NCBI GenBank assembly: GCA_963755715.1
Contig: CAVWLW010000066.1
Location: forward strand, 1 to 11,284
Direction: 5' to 3'
DNA: 11,284 nt
DNA from: an uncultured delta proteobacterium
Lineage (GTDB): Bacteria > Desulfobacterota > Binatia > UBA9968
The position numbers and the translations under genes are program-made. The notes beneath the pieces were generated by a model. That model saw only the letters and a program-made list of their open reading frames with translations. It had not been told where the DNA came from and searched no databases. Below, piece after piece: positions 8,527 to 11,284 of the stretch. Each line of letters begins with the position of its first letter. The first letter of the stretch is position 1.

Positions 8527-9906
8527 ATGCCGAGTATCGATCTGCGCCACTTTCTCGGCGTGCTGAGCAGGCACGGCGAACTGCTCAGGGTGGCCGACGA
8601 AGTCGATTTGCGCTACGAGGTCTGTGAATTTCTGCGGCAAGCCGACCGCGCCTGCGGGCCGGCGCTTTCCTTCGAGCGCGTCAAAGGCCATTCGATGAAA
8701 GTCGTCGGCAATCTCGTCGGCACCAAAAGGCGCCTGGCGCTGGCCTTCGGCCTGCGCAGCGAAGACAAACTGCTGGAGATTTATCGGAAGCGACGCGGCG
8801 CTGGAGGCAAACCGCGGCGCGTTAAAGACGGACCGGTCAAAGAGGTCGTACTGCGAAACAGCAAGCAAGTCGATCTGAATGCTCTGCCGATCCCGATCTA
8901 CCACGAAGAAGACGCCGGCCCGTACATCACTTGCGGCATTCTCACCGCCAAAGATCCGGAAACCGGATTGAGAAGCATGGGTTTACATCGGCTCCAGGTG
9001 AAGGACAGTCGCCACTTGGGCATCCATTTGGCGAACCCGCCGATCTCGCGCTTCGTCGCCAAGGCCGAAGAAAACAATCGCCCGCTCGATGTCGCGATCA
9101 GCCTGGGAGTTCATCCGATTCTCTTGCTCGCCTCCATCGTCAGCTCACCGACTGAAGATAAAGTCGCCATCGCCGGCAATCTGCTCGGCAGCCCGCTGGC
9201 GTTGACCAAATGCGAGACTTCGGACGTCGACGTTCCGGCGCATGCCGAAGTCGTCATTGAAGGAAAAATTCTGCCGAAGGTACGAGAACCGGAGGGTCCG
9301 TTCGGCGAGACTTCGGGATACTATTTCAGCGATCAGAGCCATGTGATCGAAGTCACGGCGATCACGCACCGAAAGGATCCCATTCTGCAGGCGCTTCATC
9401 CCACATCACAGGAAGTCGCATTGCTCTGCGGCCCGGCGGGCGAAGCCGAGATCGCTCAAATGCTGCGCGAAAAGGGGTTCGCCGTGGCCGATCTGGCGCT
9501 CAGCGCGCCGAGCGGCCGAACTCACGTGGTCGTGTCGTTAAAGAAGCGCCACGACTCGGACCCGAAACAATTGTTGCATTTTTTGCTCGCCGGCGTGCCG
9601 TATATCAAGCACGCCGTCGTGGTCGACGACGATGTCAACGTCCAAGATCCGGGAGATGTCGAATGGGCGATCGCCACCCGCGTTCAAGGCGATGCGGATC
9701 TCGTTATCATTTCCAACCTGCGAGCCAGAAGCATCGATCCGTCCAAAAAAGATGGCATGTTCACCGCCAAGGTCGGCGTCGACGCGACCGTGCCGATAGC
9801 CGAACGACATAGATTCAAAAGAATCGGCGTTCCCACCGAGGTGACGCAGTCCGTGACGAAGCGCCTGGCCGCGATCATGCCCGTAACCACAGCGACGCGA
9901 AGCTAA
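8527..9906 (+). CDS. UbiD-family (prenylated-FMN) decarboxylase
   Basis: DLRHFL..L...GEL, GPAL.FE.VKG, VVGNL, DL..LPIP....EDAGPY, GLHR, AEVVIEG, EGPFGETSGYY, VVVDDDVNV.D..DVEWAIATR and KVGVDAT. ATG at 8527 is 5 nt after the upstream stop. The ORF-track start at 8455 overlaps the upstream gene. Confidence 0.93.
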   Translation: MPSIDLRHFLGVLSRHGELLRVADEVDLRYEVCEFLRQADRACGPALSFERVKGHSMKVVGNLVGTKRRLALAFGLRSEDKLLEIYRKRRGAGGKPRRVKDGPVKEVVLRNSKQVDLNALPIPIYHEEDAGPYITCGILTAKDPETGLRSMGLHRLQVKDSRHLGIHLANPPISRFVAKAEENNRPLDVAISLGVHPILLLASIVSSPTEDKVAIAGNLLGSPLALTKCETSDVDVPAHAEVVIEGKILPKVREPEGPFGETSGYYFSDQSHVIEVTAITHRKDPILQALHPTSQEVALLCGPAGEAEIAQMLREKGFAVADLALSAPSGRTHVVVSLKKRHDSDPKQLLHFLLAGVPYIKHAVVVDDDVNVQDPGDVEWAIATRVQGDADLVIISNLRARSIDPSKKDGMFTAKVGVDATVPIAERHRFKRIGVPTEVTQSVTKRLAAIMPVTTATRS

Positions 9907-9969
9907 GCCTGAGTTCTGCTGGCTGAAAAGTAAGTGTTTCTCACCAGGAACCGAAAACGAAAATCAATC

Positions 9970-10521
9970 ATGCCGAAGACGGCTATTTCATTTCTGATCG
10001 GCATCGCCTGTTGGCTGACCGCTGCGTCACCTTTTTTCGCTGCGGAACCTGAAGCTCAGCGAAAGATTGTCCTCACAAGCGCGGCGTTCCAACATGGCGC
10101 GGACATTTCGCGCAAATACACTTGCGACGCCGAAGATGTTTCGCCGCCGCTTCGTTGGACGAATGCGCCGGCGGCAACAAAATCATTTGCGTTGATCGCC
10201 GACGATCCCGACGCGCCGGGCGGAACATGGGTGCACTGGGTGATTTACGATTTGCCGGCGGATACGAAAGAACTCCCCGAGGCCGTCGCAAAAACGGAGG
10301 CTTTGCCCAGCGGCGCCAAACAAGGCGTGAATGATTTTCGCAAGCTCGGCTACAACGGCCCCTGCCCGCCTCCCGGGTCGGCGCATCGTTACTATTTCAG
10401 GCTCTATGCGCTCGACGCGCCGAGCGATCTCAAGGCACGGGCGACTAAACTGCAGGTGCTGGAAGCAATCAAGGGGCATGCGCTCGGCGCAGCCGAGCTC
10501 ATGGGACGCTACAAGCGATAG
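9970..10521 (+). CDS. YbhB/YbcL-family Raf kinase inhibitor-like (PEBP) protein, secreted
   Basis: YTCD..DVSPPLRW, DDPDAPGGTWVHWV and GYNGPCPPPGSAHRYYFRLYALD. Signal peptide MPKTAISFLIGIACWLTAASPFFAA from ATG at 9970. Confidence 0.93.
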   Translation: MPKTAISFLIGIACWLTAASPFFAAEPEAQRKIVLTSAAFQHGADISRKYTCDAEDVSPPLRWTNAPAATKSFALIADDPDAPGGTWVHWVIYDLPADTKELPEAVAKTEALPSGAKQGVNDFRKLGYNGPCPPPGSAHRYYFRLYALDAPSDLKARATKLQVLEAIKGHALGAAELMGRYKR

Positions 10522-10598
10522 CGCGGGACTGTGATCGCCGGTTTTAGCGTTCCCTGCCGGCGCGCGGTAGCTCAAAGCAGCGGGTCAAAGACAAAAAA

Positions 10599-11284
10599 CT
10601 ATCTCACTTCGATGATCAACGGCGCAGCGCGTGTCGGCTGCGGCTGCAGAATTTGCGGCGAGTTGTCGCTAAACACCATCGGCTCGCCGATCCGCCACAG
10701 ATACAACGGATGCTGGTCGCCAACCGAGTCACGATAGGTTTCCGCAACTTTCGGCTGCCAATCGCCCATATCGAAGACGTAGGAAACCACCCGCGCGCCC
10801 GGCTTGAGCTGCCGCAGCAGTTGCGGCCGGACCGCGAGATTGCCGTCATAGGATAGGTAGAGGGTCACCACCGATGCGGGCGACAAATTCGCGGTTAGAA
10901 AATCCTGTTCGCGGATCTCCACCAGTTTTTCCACGCCTTCCCGCCGCGCGTTCTCACGGGCCAATTTCACCAGACCGGGATCGATCTCGAAGCCGACGCC
11001 CCGAACTCCATATTTCTTCGCCGCAGCAATGAGAATGCGTCCGTCGCCCGAGCCGAGATCATAAACCACGTCGCCTTTTTTGACTCCGGCAAGAGTGAGC
11101 ATGCGCTGCACCACTTCCTGGGGCGCCGGATCGAACGGCGCCACTTGACCGGGTCCGCGGGTTCGCTCATCGCCGGGCGCATTATCGGCATAGCGGCGAT
11201 CGGGTTGGGGTGTTCCCGGAACATAGGGAACATACGGCGCATAGGGTGTAACGATTGTCGTGTCGAAGTAGCCGGGAACGTCGT
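10599..11284 (-). CDS. Class I SAM-dependent methyltransferase (FAM173/aKMT-like); 5' end lies outside the window
   Basis: P.PQEVVQRML.LA.V..GDVVYDLGSGDGRI.I.AAKKYG.RGVG.EIDP, ASVVTLYL and LKPGARVVSY.FDMGDW. The frame is open with no stop from 11144 to the window end (DVPGYFDTTIVTPYAPYVPYVPGTPQPDRRYADNAPGDERTRGPGQ). Confidence 0.88.
   Translation of the reverse strand, partial: DVPGYFDTTIVTPYAPYVPYVPGTPQPDRRYADNAPGDERTRGPGQVAPFDPAPQEVVQRMLTLAGVKKGDVVYDLGSGDGRILIAAAKKYGVRGVGFEIDPGLVKLARENARREGVEKLVEIREQDFLTANLSPASVVTLYLSYDGNLAVRPQLLRQLKPGARVVSYVFDMGDWQPKVAETYRDSVGDQHPLYLWRIGEPMVFSDNSPQILQPQPTRAAPLIIEVR
11220..11246 (-). repeat. Three imperfect 9-bp tandem units encoding PYA-PYV-PYV
   Basis: Plus strand aacataggg-aacatacgg-cgcataggg, in frame within the methyltransferase extension. 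Confidence 0.6.

Noticed and set aside
10522-10598. Bidirectional terminator between the convergent PEBP and methyltransferase genes
   Set aside because: No convincing GC stem with flanking U-tracts could be identified by eye.
1-11284. CRISPR array, tRNA/rRNA, IS element, prophage or defence system
   Set aside because: No regularly spaced repeats, RNA gene signatures, transposase/integrase motifs or unexplained large ORFs; intergenic gaps are all 161 bp or shorter.

Overview
Bacterial chromosomal window, moderately GC-rich. Gene content suggests a deltaproteobacteria-like lineage, possibly Candidatus Binatia/Binatota (inference only). Left half, minus strand: a frameshifted AttH/CrtC-like lipocalin-fold gene, then tilS, ftsH (own sigma70-type promoter), a structured 160-bp spacer, folP and the start of cdaA. 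Right half, plus strand and divergent: a tandem-domain rhodanese broken by four +1 frameshifts, a signal-peptide-bearing SsuA/THI5-type binding protein coupled to it, a second SsuA/THI5-fold protein with no signal peptide, a UbiD-family decarboxylase, and a secreted YbhB/YbcL protein. A convergent SAM methyltransferase with a Pro/Tyr-rich N-terminal extension runs off the window end. The best novel-system candidate is the signal-less Venus-flytrap-fold protein plus a UbiD that keeps the catalytic R/E/E triad but seems to lack the usual Mn-binding residues. Five clustered single-base insertions (5461-6290) most likely reflect sequencing or assembly error. No RNA genes, CRISPR arrays or mobile elements were recognised.
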